A stretch of DNA of 64,000 nt from Lama glama (lineage: Eukaryota), in contig CM052817.1 in the NCBI GenBank assembly GCA_028534125.1, positions 95,234,001 to 95,298,000 of the forward strand. Reading direction: 5' to 3'. Below the pieces are notes generated by a model. That model was given only the letters and a program-made list of their open reading frames with translations, was not told where the DNA came from and made no database searches. The position numbers and the translations under genes were made by a program. Below, piece after piece: positions 1 to 13,413 of the stretch; the first letter of the stretch is position 1, and every line of letters starts with the position of its first letter.

Positions 1-960
1 TATCTTACAGAGTATTTCACTGCTTTAAAAATCTTCTCCTCTCTGCCAGTTCATCTCTTCCCTCCTCCCCACCCCTCCACAACCACTAATAATTTTTTAT
101 TGTCTCCATAGCTTTGCCTTTTGCAGAATGTCCTATAGTTGGAATCATGTAGTATGTAGTCTTTTTGATTGGCTTCTTTCACTTACTAACATACATTTAA
201 GCTCCTTATGTTGTCTCAAGGCTCGATAACTCATTTCTTTTTACAACTGAATAATATTCCATTGTTTGATGTGTCTCAGTGTATTTATCCATTTGTATAC
301 CAAAAGATATCCTGGTTCTTCTCAACTTTTGGCAATTATGAATAAAGCAGCTATAAACATCCATGTGTAGGCTTTTGTGTAGACATAAAATTTCAGTTCC
401 TTGGAGTAAACATCAAGGAATGTTATTGCTGGATCTTATGGTAAGGGTATGTTTAATTTTGTAAAAAACCATCAAACTGTGTTCCGAAATGGTGCTACCA
501 TTTTGCATTCCCACCAGCAATGTATGAGAGTTTCTATTGCTCCACATTCTTGCTAGCATTTGGTGTTGTCAGAGTTCTGAATTTTGGCCACTCCAATTGG
601 CATGTAGGGGTATCTTGTTGTTGTTTTAATTTGCATTTCTCTGGTGACATATGATGTAAAGCATCTTTTTATATGCTTACTTACCATATTTTTACCTTCT
701 ATGGTGAAGTGTCTGAAGGTCTTTGGGTCATTTCTTAATTGAGTTCTTTGTTTTCTTACTGCAGAGTTTTAAGGGTTCTTTGTATATTTTGGATAACAGT
801 CCTTTATCAGATGTCTTTGAAAATGCTCTATCTTACTCTGAGGCTTATCTTCTCATTTTCTTGACATTGTCATTTGTAGAGCAGAAATTTTTAATTTTAA
901 TAAAGTCCAGCTTGTTAATTATTTCTTTCATGGATCAGGTTTTTGGTGATGCATCTCCCT
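1..960 (-). mobile_element. Old LINE-1 (L1M-type), 3' UTR and ORF2 C-terminal part, runs off the window start
   Basis: Typical antisense L1 motifs: attttgcattcccaccagcaatgtatgagagtt, gttttaatttgcatttctctg, ttctttgtatattttggataacagtcctttatcagat. Confidence 0.85.
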
Positions 961-1557
961 TTTTTTTTTAACCTGTTAAAAAAAAATCCTCTTGACTAGT
1001 TCAAGTGAAAGAAGAGAGACAGCCTGTATCCATCAGCCTATATCCATAGAAAACATAGTCAAAAGGTCATTGAAAAGATTACAATGAAGAGACTACTTAC
1101 TGAGATGTGGTCAAGGTTAAGGGAAATAAAAGATGATGAACTAGCGGGAAACAGTTGCCAGCCCCAGACCTAACGGGGCCATGGGCATGGGCAGCTACTA
1201 TATGTTGAAGGAGAGGGGCTGCTGGACGGGAGTGCAGCTTTGAGTGGAGGACCCATCTGGAAGCCAGAAAGCAGGTAACCCATGATGTGTTCCACTCAGT
1301 CAGTTGCTAGAGGTTCAAAGATTCAAAGAAGAGCTGGGAAAGCTAGAGAGTGAATCTGGATGGGCACATTGAGGCTATCCTCACATAGACTTCCAACAAA
1401 ATCCTCCTCTTCCCATACGTTCACCCCTGAAACCACCCGCTTTCAGCTAGAAAGTCATAAAAAATGGCTTCAACCTAGAGACTGGTGATTCCCAATTCCT
1501 TTTGGCTCACAGACTCCAAAAAGCACCTATAAGCACCTTCATAAATTTACATACAAT

Positions 1558-2428
1558 CTAAATAGACCTTTCTCCAAAGAAGATGTATTGATGGCCAACA
1601 AGCACATGAAAAGAAGCTCAACATCATTAATTATTAGAGAAATGCAAATTAAAACCACAATGAGATACCACCTCACCCAGGTCAGAATGACCATCATCAA
1701 AAAGTCTATAAATAATAAATGCTGGAGACGGTGTGGGGAAAAGGGAGCCCTCATGCACTATTGGTGAGAATGTAAACTGGTGCAGTCACTATGTAGAACA
1801 TTATGGAGGTTTCTTAAAAACTAAAAATAGAGCTACCATTTGATCCAGCAGTCCTGCTCCTAGGCTTATATGGGAAAGACAAAACCTCTCATTCAAAAAG
1901 ATACATGCACCCTGATGTTCATAGCAGCTATTTACAACAGCCAAGACAAAGAAGCAACCTAAATGTCCACCGACAGAAGACAGATAAAGAAGATGTGGTG
2001 TTTATATAGATATACACATATATATATGTTATAACTGAGAGAGAGAGATAAATATATATAAATATATTCAATCATAAAAAATGAAATACTGCCATTTGTA
2101 GCAACATGGATGGATCCAGAGATTATCATACTAAATGAAGTCAGACAGAGAAAGATAAGTATCATACGTTATGACCTATATGTGGAATCTAAAAAACATG
2201 ATACAAATGAACTTATTTACAAAACAAAAGTAGACTCACAGACATAGAAAATAAACCTAAGGTTACCAAAGAGGAAAGGAAGGGAGGGATAAATTGGGAA
2301 TTTGGGATTAACAGATACACACTACTGTATGTAAAATAGATAAACAACAAGGTCTTACTTTACAGCACAGGGAACTATACTCAAAATCTTGTAATAATGT
2401 ATAATGGAAAAGAATCTGAAAAAGATAC

Positions 2429-2472
<44 letters not shown>

Positions 2473-2531
2473 GAATCACCTTGCTGTACACCTGAATCAT
2501 TTTAAATCAGTTATACTTCAATAAAAAAATA
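1558..2531 (+). mobile_element. 5'-truncated artiodactyl-type LINE-1 (end of ORF2, 3' UTR, A tail)
   Basis: Motifs gaaatgcaaattaaaaccacaatgagataccacctcac and tacagcacagggaactat; AATAAA at 2520. Candidate 15-bp TSD aaatttacatacaat (1543-1557) / aaatgtacgtacaat (2532-2546). Confidence 0.93.
2429..2472. repeat. (CTAT)11 tetranucleotide microsatellite inside the L1 3' UTR
   Basis: Perfect repeat read directly. Confidence 0.97.
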
Positions 2532-3259
2532 AAATGTACGTACAATGTTTTTCTTCCTTGTAGACAGGGAGCCTTTCTTTAAGCAAGTAGTTAGATCTTT
2601 CTCACTGATATTCTTGCCAAAAATAGTGGCCAATACTTGGAAATTTTTTTGAAATAACTCCAGATTGTATATTTAAAATAAAAAAAGAAATTCAATATGA
2701 AATTTATGCTTAAAAGGAAATTTCAAGAGTACATGGCTTTTTAAAAAAAACTTCAATTAAGAACTTTAACATTTGGAATGGTTTCTCACATGGTAAAATG
2801 TCATATTTGACAGTCTGCACATGTTAGTTCTACCTCTGATGGCAGTAAGCTATGAAATCGCTGATTACAAGGCTAGGTGTTACAGATGGAATGAAAATTC
2901 CCATTGCTTCTTCTTCCAGGTGAGGGTTGACTTGAAAGAAAAAAATGTCAGAATTCTCAAACATGCTGCAAATTGAATTCCTTTTGTACCATTTCTTTGT
3001 CCTCCAGTCACTGAGGTCATCTTTGTCAAGATCTGTCCCATACACTACGTGGTATTTTGAGCAGAGGTAACATACAGAGTTCTGCAGGGCTTCTGAATTC
3101 TAGAGGTTTCTTCCGGCAGAGGAGCTGCCATCCTGGGTTCTAGCTGGGAGAAAACCTTTCCCCAGATCTGTAAAGTTTCCATAGTTGTTTACCTCCAGTC
3201 TTCACTTTCAGAGAGGTAGCCTCACCCAAATAGTAGGTCGTTTTCCAGCGACTCCCCTC

Positions 3260-3470
3260 ACAGTGAGTATGGAGTGTGGACTCCAGATTTAGACTGCGTG
3301 AAGCTCAGATCAACTCTTTACTAACCATGAGAACATAAGCAAGTGACTTGCCTGTGTACACCTCGATTTTCTCATTAGTGGATAATAATAGTACCTACTT
3401 GATAAGATTGTTGTGAGAATTAGCGTAAATCAGATGAAGCCTTATAATAAGGGCAGTCACATTTTGGTTA
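3260..3470 (+). mobile_element. MIR SINE
   Basis: Core-like gcaagtgactt...ttttctcatt...ataataatagtacctact...gttgtgagaatta. Confidence 0.75.
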
Positions 3471-3519
3471 TTATTCAGATGGCCACACATATCTGGAAGG
3501 CTGTAGAAAAATTCTTCCT

Positions 3520-3800
3520 TGCCATTCATTTTCTGTTCATTTGTTCATGTATTTCTGAATATTTGTTGAGCTCGGCACTGTGCTGTGTGCCAGAGATACA
3601 ACGGTCAACTCAAATGGAACTAGTCCCTGGTTTCCTTGAGCCCACAGTCTAGTGGGGAAGACAGATATTAATCAAATAATCATAACCACAAATATAAAAC
3701 ATGTAAAATTACTGTGGAAGAAAGGTTCATGGTTCTCTGAGAACCGATGATAGAGAGATACGACCCTGAAGAAGTGTTGTTGAACCTGAGGTCTTAGGGC
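3520..3800 (-). mobile_element. L2 3' end
   Basis: cattcatt...aatatttgttgagc...ccacagtctagtggggaagacagatatt, the usual antisense L2 3' end. Confidence 0.7.
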
Positions 3801-5903
3801 TGGGAAGGAGGTGCCTACCTCAAATTCAGTTGAGTGCTTCTAGATTTACCTTTCAGACAGCCGGGATTTCTGCATAGGCAGAGAACTTCATTCTGCTTTC
3901 CTAACAAAACTTCTTGAAAAGACAGAAATTCGAGGCTCTGACATTGAATAGGTTGATGACTTTTGGGGTAGTAAACAAAATTTTAATCAGGGTTTGTCTT
4001 CGACATGACAGCCTGGAACGGAATGAACCTCAGTGATGACCAGAGTTTGTTTCTTCACTAGGCCAGAAAGCCCAGAGGGGCTGCCAAATGTGGCTGGTTC
4101 TCCAACCATACCCGGGACCAGTGTCTGGGTTGAAGTTTTGTTTGGCAAATAAAAATTTTTACAATTTCAAAACCACAGGAGGCCTCTGGATGTTCCAAGG
4201 GCTCCCAAAATAGGAATCTCATTTGATACTATCTTTGTACGAAGAACATGGGAACCAGAGCTTGAATCTGGTGAGAGAAGTCAATACTTTCACAAAAAAC
4301 AGAGAGACAGAGAGAGAAATGGCAGTTCCTTAATGATCTGCTTCAAAATACTGGAATAGATTTTAGTGATTCTGGAATGGATGAGAACATTTTGACAGAA
4401 TGTTATTTTATTTTTAAATTTTCCTCCAAGCCATAAATCAGCTTAACCATTTCCAAGACATATTGCTTCATCAAAGTCTTTTATCTGGTAACAGATGAAA
4501 CTGAACAAGCAGTTTTGCAGGCTGACTCAAGACAACACTCTTTGTGTTGAAGCAAATCCAATTTTGGTAAAATTTTTAATGTTTTTCCAGTTGAGCCTTT
4601 TACTTAGGCAAAAAAAGCAGACCTTGTAGTGGATTGTTAGGACGTAAGGGACCACTTCAGCTCTGTTGGCTTCCTACTTCCATAGGTAAGCATCTGGCTA
4701 CACAAGATGCCTTCTGACTTTTGTGTTCAGTTTTGTTCCCCAAAACATATGTAGACACTTACATACATATAGAGTGGTATTTCCTAGCCTAAGCTGGTAT
4801 CAAGGTATAGATATATAGATGTTCATAATCATAATGCCATGAAATATTTGCAATTCACACCAAAAGAAGTCCTGATAGATACTATAACTGGCCAATAATG
4901 ACAGTTACAAATTACCAAGCTGTGCTTTGCTTTATATGTTGCCTTTTATGTTAGTGTGAACCCATGCTTGAATAAAAAATATAAGTTGTACGAACTGTTT
5001 TTCTCCTCTAATTATAATTTTAAATATTGGGGAAGACGAAAGGAAACTATACTTTCCCACAGGTTTGTGGATCTTCTGAAAGCCATCCATGCATGCTCGG
5101 GGTCAGAAACCCTAGACTTACAGCCCCCACCATGTAGTCTTTAATCTTACAGCGCCAACCTCTCTGTTTTATTTCTTTTCTCTCTCTTTAATTTCAAGTT
5201 CACCTTTACAGTACTTTGTATATTAAGTATAGCTGTCTGAATTGACATAGAAACATTTAAATAACTTGGCAGAGCAATTTATAAACCACAGTGCAAGGAA
5301 TCACTAATGTCCAGTGAAGAACCCCATCCCTTTTCCCAGGCTTGCCCAACCCTGTCAGTTCCAGTCCTTTTGCCACCTCCTCCCCTCGCCTCAGACTCTT
5401 TTTAAACCTTAAAGTTTCTTTGAAATTATGATGAGTTTTTGATGTATCAGGATTGACCCTTTGCACATCTCAGAGAACATTCTCTTCTTCTAGCAGGACA
5501 CTTTGACCTATGCAGGGTCTGTGGACTCTTATGGGATTCAGGAATGTCCTTGAAGGGATCTGGAACCGAAACCTCCATATTCATTTACCTACTTGGAGTT
5601 TCAAGTACCACAGTTCTTTTCTTCTTGTGAATGTTTTCCTGACTTACTTCATTCTTATTTTTCTAGAAGACTAATTACTCCAGCTTGTCCATTCATGATC
5701 ACTTCATCATGTATTCTTTTCCTTTCTCATTCTAAATCCTCATCCAACTAAGTTTTTGAATTTGCCACCTCCCATTTACCCCAAATCTGGCTCTGTGTGG
5801 GGAGCCCGTCACTCCATGCACCCAGCAGGGGTCTCCCTAGTTCCTTTCCAGAGAGCCATACCGCTCAAATACCCATCATCAAGTTAAAGAATCCACCTTC
5901 TAG

Positions 5904-6023
5904 GTTTGTTTGTTTGTTTGTTTGTTTGTTCGTTTGTTTGTTTGGAGGATAGAAAAGAACAGCTTTACTGCATTGCCAGGTAAGGGAGTCACAGAAGGCT
6001 AATGCCTTAAAGACTGCGAGCCC
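5904..6023 (-). mobile_element. 120-bp retroposed insert resembling an ERV LTR U3/R end, with an (AAAC)n tail and 12-bp TSD
   Basis: Exact TSD tccaccttctag at 5892-5903 and 6024-6035; (GTTT)n at about 5904-5943. The minus-strand body ggcattagcc...cctggcaatgcagtaaagctgttcttttcta resembles an LTR poly(A)-signal region. Confidence 0.7.
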
Positions 6024-6679
6024 TCCACCTTCTAGTCATGATAGAGTTCCAGTCTCCAGATAACATAAATTCTTTAAGCTCAACACACACATTGTAGTTG
6101 TCTCCATTCTTACCTAATACTGGGTAGCACTTTAAGCACTTTAAGCTAATACTTTTATGTTAACATTTTATTTGCTTATTTGTTTTTGCTGTAATCCCAA
6201 CAGGAAAGATAAACTCAAAATCATGCCTTATACTGTAGATCAAAGTTCCAATCCTTGGATACCAAGTCTACCACAGAGTAAAAATTTTGCACGTTTCTCT
6301 TTTTTTTTTCCTTCAACTCATGCTTTTTCCTAATACATTGGAGATTTCTGAAGCACCTAGCATCTAAATGATTTAATCTAAATACAATAGAATTGAATTA
6401 GGATATATTTTCATTTTTTTTAAATCAAGCATTCCCTTTAAAAAATTTTTTTGTAATTATTTATGCCACTTAAAAAATGCACTGAGTTTATTACACTAAA
6501 TGAAAAAGGATCAGGAAAAATTAGCAACATGATGGCTAGTTATGAAAACATAATAAAGTGCCAATTAAAGTGATTATTGGAGTTGAGCTCAGGGAACAAC
6601 CTGATTTAAACAAAAATATCACACCAATGATTCTACTTTCTCATTCTTGCATCATGAAATTAGATCATTCCCACCAGCA

Positions 6680-7860
6680 TCAAACATACTATTATTTTTC
6701 TTCTTTTAAAACAAACAAAAACTTTTTTCCAGCTTATTTCTCCAGCTATTGCCCCAATTCTCTGCTCTTCTCTGAAATGAAACTACTTAAAAGAGTTGCT
6801 TGTATTTCCCGTCTTCCTCTGCTCTCATGCTTTCTTATGTCCATTCAAGTCAGGCTTTTTCTCACCCTTCCTCTGAATGTGCTCTTGTCCAGGTCATCAG
6901 AGATCTTCATGTCACTAAATCCAATGGTCAATCCTCAGTCCTCATCTTACTTGATCAATGAGCAGCATTTGACAATAATTAATGCTTCTTACTGCATACA
7001 TTTTCTTCCCTTGCTTCCAGGACACCACACTGACCTGGTTTTCCTGTTACCTTATAGACCCTTCATTGCTGACCTCTTTTCCTAGATTCTCTTCCTCTTC
7101 CTATGGATGTTGGAATTCCGTAGGCGCTGGTGTGGTCCTTTCCTGTTCTTGTCTCTTCTCATTCCCTAGATGATCTCTTCTGGTTCCATGGCTTTTAGTT
7201 CCATGCATTCTCTAACGAATCACATTCCACTGCTGATAACAGAGATTCAGTTACAATAGAGGAAACATGGAAGAGTTCATTCTCTCTCTTACTAGAAGTC
7301 AGAAGGAGCCAGTTCTCAGCTGATGTGGCAGATTCATAAAGTCATCAGAGGCTCAGGCTACCTTGGATTTTCTGTTCCATCATCCTAGGTCTCAGGTCCA
7401 TCTCATGACCTAAGATGGCAAATTTAGCTCCAGGCATCATCTACATACACCAGAAGGAAGGAAAAAGAAAGGGGAGACATCCAACAGATCAGTTCTTTTA
7501 AAGAAGCTTTTTGGAAGCCTCCACTGCACCACCAACACACACACACGTATTTGCATCAGTTCAATGACTAGATTCTGCCATGTGCTTACACCTCACTCCA
7601 AGGGAGATTGGTTACTTGCAGCTTTTATTTCAGAAAGTAATATGCTCAGCTAAAATTGAAGTTCTGTGCTAAAGAGGAAGAGGAGAAAGAATATTTGATA
7701 AACACCTCCTCATTTCTGCCATGAGATCAGTATATTGAAGGGTTCCATATTAATATCTCCAGCCCTGTACTCTTCTCTGAGCCTCAAGACTTCTTACTCA
7801 TTACCTCTGCTTGGATGCCTACTTGGCAACTCAAACTTAACAAGGGCAAAGCACTCCCTT
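6680..7860 (+). mobile_element. L2 ORF2 fragment interrupted by a MaLR LTR
   Basis: agcagcatttgaca...cttgcttccaggacaccacact; resumes near 7750 with atctccagccctgtactcttctctgagc...ttggatgcct...aactcaaacttaac. Confidence 0.7.
7230..7720 (-). mobile_element. MLT1-type MaLR LTR (old)
   Basis: agaagtcagaagg...gtcatcagaggctcaggct...aagatggc...gctccaggcatcatc pattern. Confidence 0.55.
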
Positions 7861-7879
7861 TTCAATGCAGTCTCAGGCA

Positions 7880-8110
7880 TGAATGCCTGATTGGGGTGAC
7901 TTGAGGAAAGAATGAGGAATGAGAAAGTGAGGACAGTGAATATGGAGAAATCTTTTGAGGAATTCTGGTATAAAAAGGAGCAGAGGGGAAATAATTGCAG
8001 GAGCAAAGTCCACAAGAAGACAAGGGTGGATGAAACAGTACACAAATGAGGAGACTGGCTTTTGATAGAAATAAGAGAGAAGGCAGAATATTATAGAGAC
8101 AACTTCTAGG
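7880..8110 (-). mobile_element. L2 fragment, probably continuing at about 9240-9430
   Basis: Purine-rich antisense L2 pattern gaggacagtgaatatggagaaatcttttgaggaattctgg...aaaaggagcagag. Confidence 0.55.
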
Positions 8111-8990
8111 CAAGATGGCCTTCTGAGCTCAAGTTCTTATAACCCATGCTGCAAATATATGACAATAAAAAATCATACCTAAAGGGAGAAAACAATAAAT
8201 CCAGGTTAAAAACAAGACAAACATCTCCTAGATGGAAATAGAACAAAAAATGCCAAAGCGAGTAGGCTGAAGCCACAAAGTTTATGGGAAATGTAGAGAG
8301 CACAGAGCCATGGCCAGGATTTCAGCTCCTGAGGGGTAGAGGACACTAAAATTGCCCCACAAGAAATCAGATTTGATCTTACAGCCTGAAAACTCCTCCT
8401 TTCTCAGGAGAGAGGCCAAAAAAATATTAAAACTCTAGATAACGTCTACTTGGAGATGTGGCTTTTAGGAAGCTATAGACCCAGGGAGATGGGGGTGCCT
8501 AGATACAATCTTACAACCCCAATTAAGCCAAGCTGCCTAATTGCTTTGTGATTGGATCTGCAAAGTCCACAATATCACCTTAGGGCAGGAGTTCCTAATT
8601 GATGCTACAAGACTTGGCTTTCATTGAGCGTCTGCTGACAGAGAGGGGTGAGCTCATGGTTGAAAGCATGGGAAGAGATAGAAAAATGTTAAAAGCTTTC
8701 AAATGCTTCACTATGAGTCTGCAAACTCAAATTCCAAACCATGTGGATAGGTTTAATGCTTAGAAAGAAAGCCAACAAAATCAACAATTAGAATGTAAGT
8801 TGACTATAGATAAAATCAGTTTTATCTCTGGAACAGTTTGATAAGATTTGAATATAAATATGATTGAGATGATCAAAGAATTAAAGGCATAACTTTTATC
8901 AAAAAGAACAAGAAATCATGGAATAAAAATAAACAAAAATGAAACACGAAAAGAGAGGATCAAGAATTTGTACATAAAAAATACAGTCAT
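8110..8990 (+). mobile_element. Decayed L1ME/HAL1-like 5'/ORF1 region
   Basis: Starts with caagatggc, followed by A-rich ORF1-like sequence; no intact ORF. Confidence 0.4.
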
Positions 8991-8992
8991 CG

Positions 8993-9100
8993 CAGAATCC
9001 AAAAAAAAGTATGTGTATGTATAACTGAATTGTTTTGCTGTACACTTGAAACTAACATTGTACATTGATTACACTTCAATAAAAAACCAAGAATTAAAAA
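8993..9100 (+). mobile_element. Very short L1 3'-terminal fragment
   Basis: ataactgaattgttttgctgtacacttgaaactaacattgt...cttcaataaaaaa, matching the end of the L1 at 1558-2531. Confidence 0.85.
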
Positions 9101-10229
9101 AAATTCAGTTGTTGGAGTACAAATGTATTAGATTTGAATTCCTACATAGTCAAAGGGAAATTTAGTGATTTGCAAGGTTGTTGAAAGAAATAGTATGGGA
9201 CACAGAAGAGAGCAAAGAAAGAGGACGTGGGTATGGACAAGGGTGAGATGGTGTATCTGGTTGGGGGAGACCAGGCAGATCTTTTAGTGTTGCTTCTATT
9301 TTCTCAGTAAAATTAGAGGTGAGATCATCAGCTGAGATGGAGGAGGAGGTGTTGAATATTAGAAGAGAAAGGATAAGAAGTGACAGCCCTTTTAAAGAGT
9401 GGGTTGTAAATTAAGGAAACGTGGAAGGCTTGCCAGGAAGGGCTGTCTATTAGGATTTAGACCCCCTGAAAAAAGTCTGTTGCCAATGGGACAAATCCTG
9501 GGCAAGGGGCAAGAAGTGAATTGAGTGGAAAGACAAATGTTAGAAACACATTCAATTCATTGTGACTATTTACTTTGATAATTGAAAGAAAAAGGTGGAT
9601 TCTGTCTATAAAAAGCCATATTTTCAAGTGAAAGTCTAGAGAAAAGAGGATATAGATGACCTATGAGGAAAGAGGAGCAAACAGAGAAGAAGGGAGAAAG
9701 CAGCAGAGATACGTCATAGTTGCCTTTGTTAGAAGCAGGTGTCGTGAGGAGCAAACACTCAGAAGGTGGAAAGAATAATTTATAAGACAGACTAAATTGG
9801 TTCTTGATAGGGGTCTGGGGGGGTACTCAAATAGCTGCCCATAGTACATTGATCCTCAAAATTTTTTGTGTGTATTTTAGAAATTTTTCATCAAAAACAA
9901 TTGAAAGTTTATAATCTAGTCTTCTAAGAGTTAAGTGTCCATCTAGCAAAGTCTGCTCTTGAAGGTTCATTTCTTGATGGTAACTGTTATTTGAGGTATG
10001 AGAAGTTTTCTTTTTCCTTTCCTCATTTAGAAAAAAATAATATATGTCATAGGAACATGGTAATTTTCTAAGTACTCAAAACACAGGGATCTATATATGC
10101 TCATTCAGTCAGTCAACACGGATTTGTTGCCTGTGTACATCTACAAGTCACTGGTTCAACTACAAGGAAATGTCAAGGCATGTTAATTCTGTTACCTGGA
10201 TTCCGTTCCACATTCCACTATTCAATATG

Positions 10230-10410
10230 TTGGGAACTGGGATTGGGGAGTTGCTTAAACTCTTTGAGTCTCGGTTTCCGCTTCTATAAAATAAAGATGA
10301 TGATAACACTGCCCTCCTCACCAGGTTCTTGTGAGCATTAAATGATGGAAGATATTTAAAGCGTTTAGACTAGTGCGGTGTAAGTGCTCACTAAACGGTA
10401 GCTATTTTTA
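10230..10410 (+). mobile_element. MIR SINE
   Basis: ttgcttaaactctttgagtctcggtttcc...tataaaataaagatgatgataac...gtgagcattaaatga...taagtgctcactaaacggtagctatt. Confidence 0.8.
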
Positions 10411-10589
10411 TTATCTACTAATTAAAATTCCAGGGAGTATATTATACTGTCTTAGACAGGGATGCTAAAGCTAAATATGTTAGAATGAGCATTGCACATT
10501 TTATTATGCATCCAGTGCACGTGACATCTTGCCCAGTGCTCTGTGGAGAGTCAGCAAATAGTATCTACCACAATTATTAATAGTAATAG

Positions 10590-10790
10590 TACTTTGGGTT
10601 TACTAGTACTTCACAATTCTCAAAATGCTGCCATAAGCATTACCTGGTTTGATTCTCACTGCACCTGGAGAAGTAGGTATAGGACAAATATTACCTTCTC
10701 AGTTTCACAGATGAAGAAGCAGAGACATGGAGAAAAGCTAAAGGACTTGACCAAAATTACACGGCTTGTAAACCAAAGATCCCAAACTAA
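10590..10790 (-). mobile_element. MIR SINE
   Basis: tttcacagatgaagaagcagagacatggaga...gacttgaccaaaattacacggct. Confidence 0.7.
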
Positions 10791-12369
10791 AAGAGAGGTT
10801 ATTTGCTCCCCATGGTTGCTAATAAGCGTCATAGAGATGGAAAACAGCCATTAATGGAATTACTGGCTATCTTAATGCTTACATTAATCATTTTGTTGTT
10901 TTCAGATAGAAATCATTTTCTTTTACTTGTTGGCTATTAACATATCTAAGACTATCCACAAATCCCCAAAGTAACTTCATTAGTTTATATCTGCATATGA
11001 ATATAAGCATGATTTTTCTTACACATCTACAGTGGGAGATGTTTTCATGTTTTAATAGGACACATACTTCTCTTAGTCAAGAGTTTAAAATTTCCATTTC
11101 CAGCCGTCCCTTTCCAGTAACACACGGTTGGCTAAGGAAAATGTAATCATTGCTCTTGCTTTGTATCTTTTTAGTCATTATCTTCTTCTATTCCTTTCCC
11201 TCTTCTGTTTCACATCGAAGATCTGTGATGTCTGTTATTTTTGCCATATGTTGGATGTGGATGTGAACATAAATTATTCATATGATTTTTTTCCTCCAAT
11301 ACTTGTATTATTTATTAAAGGTGGAGAGTTGCTGGCACTTTCTATGAAGCTATATTAAGCACTTGCCTAGGGTTTGGCATTGTTATGATTTGACCTTTGT
11401 CAGTTCTCCCTATGCTTTTGTTTCAGAAGGAAGGTCCTTTCCTGCTTGGGAAGATGGGATGGTGCCTTTGATGTACTGGTGGAGAAATGTGTCAAGCTTT
11501 GGACCTACAGGAACCTGGAAAGGGGGGATGAATGATTCCACCTAAGTTCCCTCTTCTGGAACGGGCAGGAGAGATGGGAAGAAAATTGTGGGGACAGCAG
11601 ATGCCATGTGATGGGGGACTGAGGAAACACTGAGGTGTGTTTTGTATCCTAAGCTTTCTTAGCTCCTCCTTGAGAACACCCGTGAAGATCTACATTTTAC
11701 TTCAAGGCTTCAGGAGTCAAATGTGTACATTTTTTGGATGCATCACTGTGGGCTCTAAGAGCAATTCTATGTTTGGATTATGCAATCATATCCACTAAAT
11801 TTATTTAATTAAAAGCACATATGTGTATGGCCCCATTCAAGATGCTTATATAAGAAAAACAATTTGTGTTTTGTGATAATGCATAAACACTCAAAACCTG
11901 CATACTAAGGAGGTTCCTTTTAAAGACCTATCTAAATAGAGCATGAACTAATTTTTAAAAATTACCTAGAAAAGTACTAAAATTTTATCAGTAGTCTTTA
12001 AAATTGGATAAATTAACTTTTCTGGGAAAATAACCAGTATTGGTGTTGGTATATGTCACAGACTATGGGGCTTTAGTTTAGAGATTTATTCAGAAAGGCT
12101 CTTAATTTTTTTGGAAATGAGATAGCAGCATTGTTCCAGGAATTTGTCTGAATTGTCTATGTGGTTGGCTTCACTATTTTGTTTGCTAGGAAAATTTGGC
12201 CTGTAGTTCTCCCAAGTTAGCAGACTCAGTGAAATTTAGTATAAAGCTGTCATTTTTTCCAGTTAACAATTTCATTGTCAAGTGAGTGACCCTTTGCTGA
12301 TTGGCTTGACCACAGATTTACAACTTCCAGCCTCAGCTGGGCCTCCAGTGCTGTTAGGCAGTCATTCCT

Positions 12370-12853
12370 GTGGCAGAACCAGAGATGAGCTCCCCCAAAC
12401 AACTCCCCATCCCTGTCTCCCTTACCGTCATCTGCAGCTCAGGCTAGAAAATAACAATCCCCTCCTTCCCAGACTCCCTTGCAGCTAAGAGGTGGCCGCA
12501 TAGCATAGTTCTGGCCAATGAGGTAAAGAGTTGGCCCCTGCAAAGAGAGTCAATAGCTCTCTAAGACAATGCTTTTTCCCTTTAGACCATCATTTGCCCC
12601 TTTTCCTTTTTCCTGCATTGAACTTGGGTGGATGCCTAGAAGTGCAGCAGCCATCTTTTGAACGCGAGGTAATAATATCCATGAGAAAGGAAGCTGAGTT
12701 CCAAAAATCATTTTTGAACCTCTACACCAATGTTTGATGGAGCCGTTGTGTTTCCTTGAGTGAAATAAATACCCGCCACCACCCCCATCGATTTGGTCCA
12801 TGTTAGGCTTCTGTTGATTGTTTGTACTTTGGACTGAAACACTTCTTAGACCC
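12370..12853 (+). mobile_element. ERVL-class solo LTR (LTR33/LTR16-like)
   Basis: Starts with tgtggcag; contains ttcccagactcccttgcagcta...gttctggccaatgag and gcagcagccatcttt. Confidence 0.6.
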
Positions 12854-12949
12854 AGTTGGCTCTTCCCTTTTTCTATCAGTGGCAGTTCTGCAGTCCTACT
12901 CGAGTGGGCACTTCTTGGTGGCCTCTTAACCATCCCACAAAGCTCTAAT

Positions 12950-13376
12950 TTCCGTACCAGAATCTATGCGGTTTGTGGCAAACCATTTCATTCCTGTATC
13001 TAGGGATGAAGCCCTTGACCTAGGTGACGCCAATGGATGCATTCTATATTCTAGCCATAATGTTTGGTTCACCATTGAGTATATGACCCAAGATAGTCCA
13101 ATCAGAATGAGTCTCAGGACTTTTACTGGAAATTCTGAACCATGGTCCCTCTCTTCCTCCAGCAAATGTGGTGCAAGATGCAACACCAGGAACTACTGCA
13201 GTCATTTTGCTACCATGAGGCAAGGCAGCCTGAGTACAGAGTTGGCACACTGAGGAGGACAGATCTTACACCCTCACAGAGAGCCAGTCTCCTGATGTGA
13301 CTGAACTTGAAGCTTGCCCGGTAACCCCTCTTTATTGTTTCATCATTTAAAGGAAGCTGAAGTCTTACTGATACAC
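12950..13376 (+). mobile_element. MLT1-type MaLR LTR
   Basis: atgacccaagatagtccaatcagaatgagtctcaggactttt...gcagtcattttgctaccatgagg...gtcttactgataca. Confidence 0.55.
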
Positions 13377-13413
13377 AGTTCTAGAGTGGCCTCTAACTTA
13401 GCAGACAACCTCA

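Noticed and set aside
990..1380. Possible ancient LTR fragment
   Set aside because: Only a vague resemblance; I cannot define the family or the ends without a database search.
2830..3100. Minus-strand open frame of about 89 codons (NSEALQNSVCYLCSKYHVVYGTDLDKDD...CHQR) as a possible coding exon
   Set aside because: I do not recognise the protein, the splice signals are weak (short pyrimidine tract, GTAGAA donor), and no partner exons were found. A TBLASTN search would settle it.
6558..7085. Longest ORF in the track (175 aa)
   Set aside because: It lies mostly in a decayed L2, has low-complexity L/S/F composition and starts at GTG.
6730..8030. Homologous L2 segments in inverted orientation about 1 kb apart as a possible dsRNA hairpin
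   Set aside because: The copies are too diverged for stable pairing and are best explained as independent ancient insertions.
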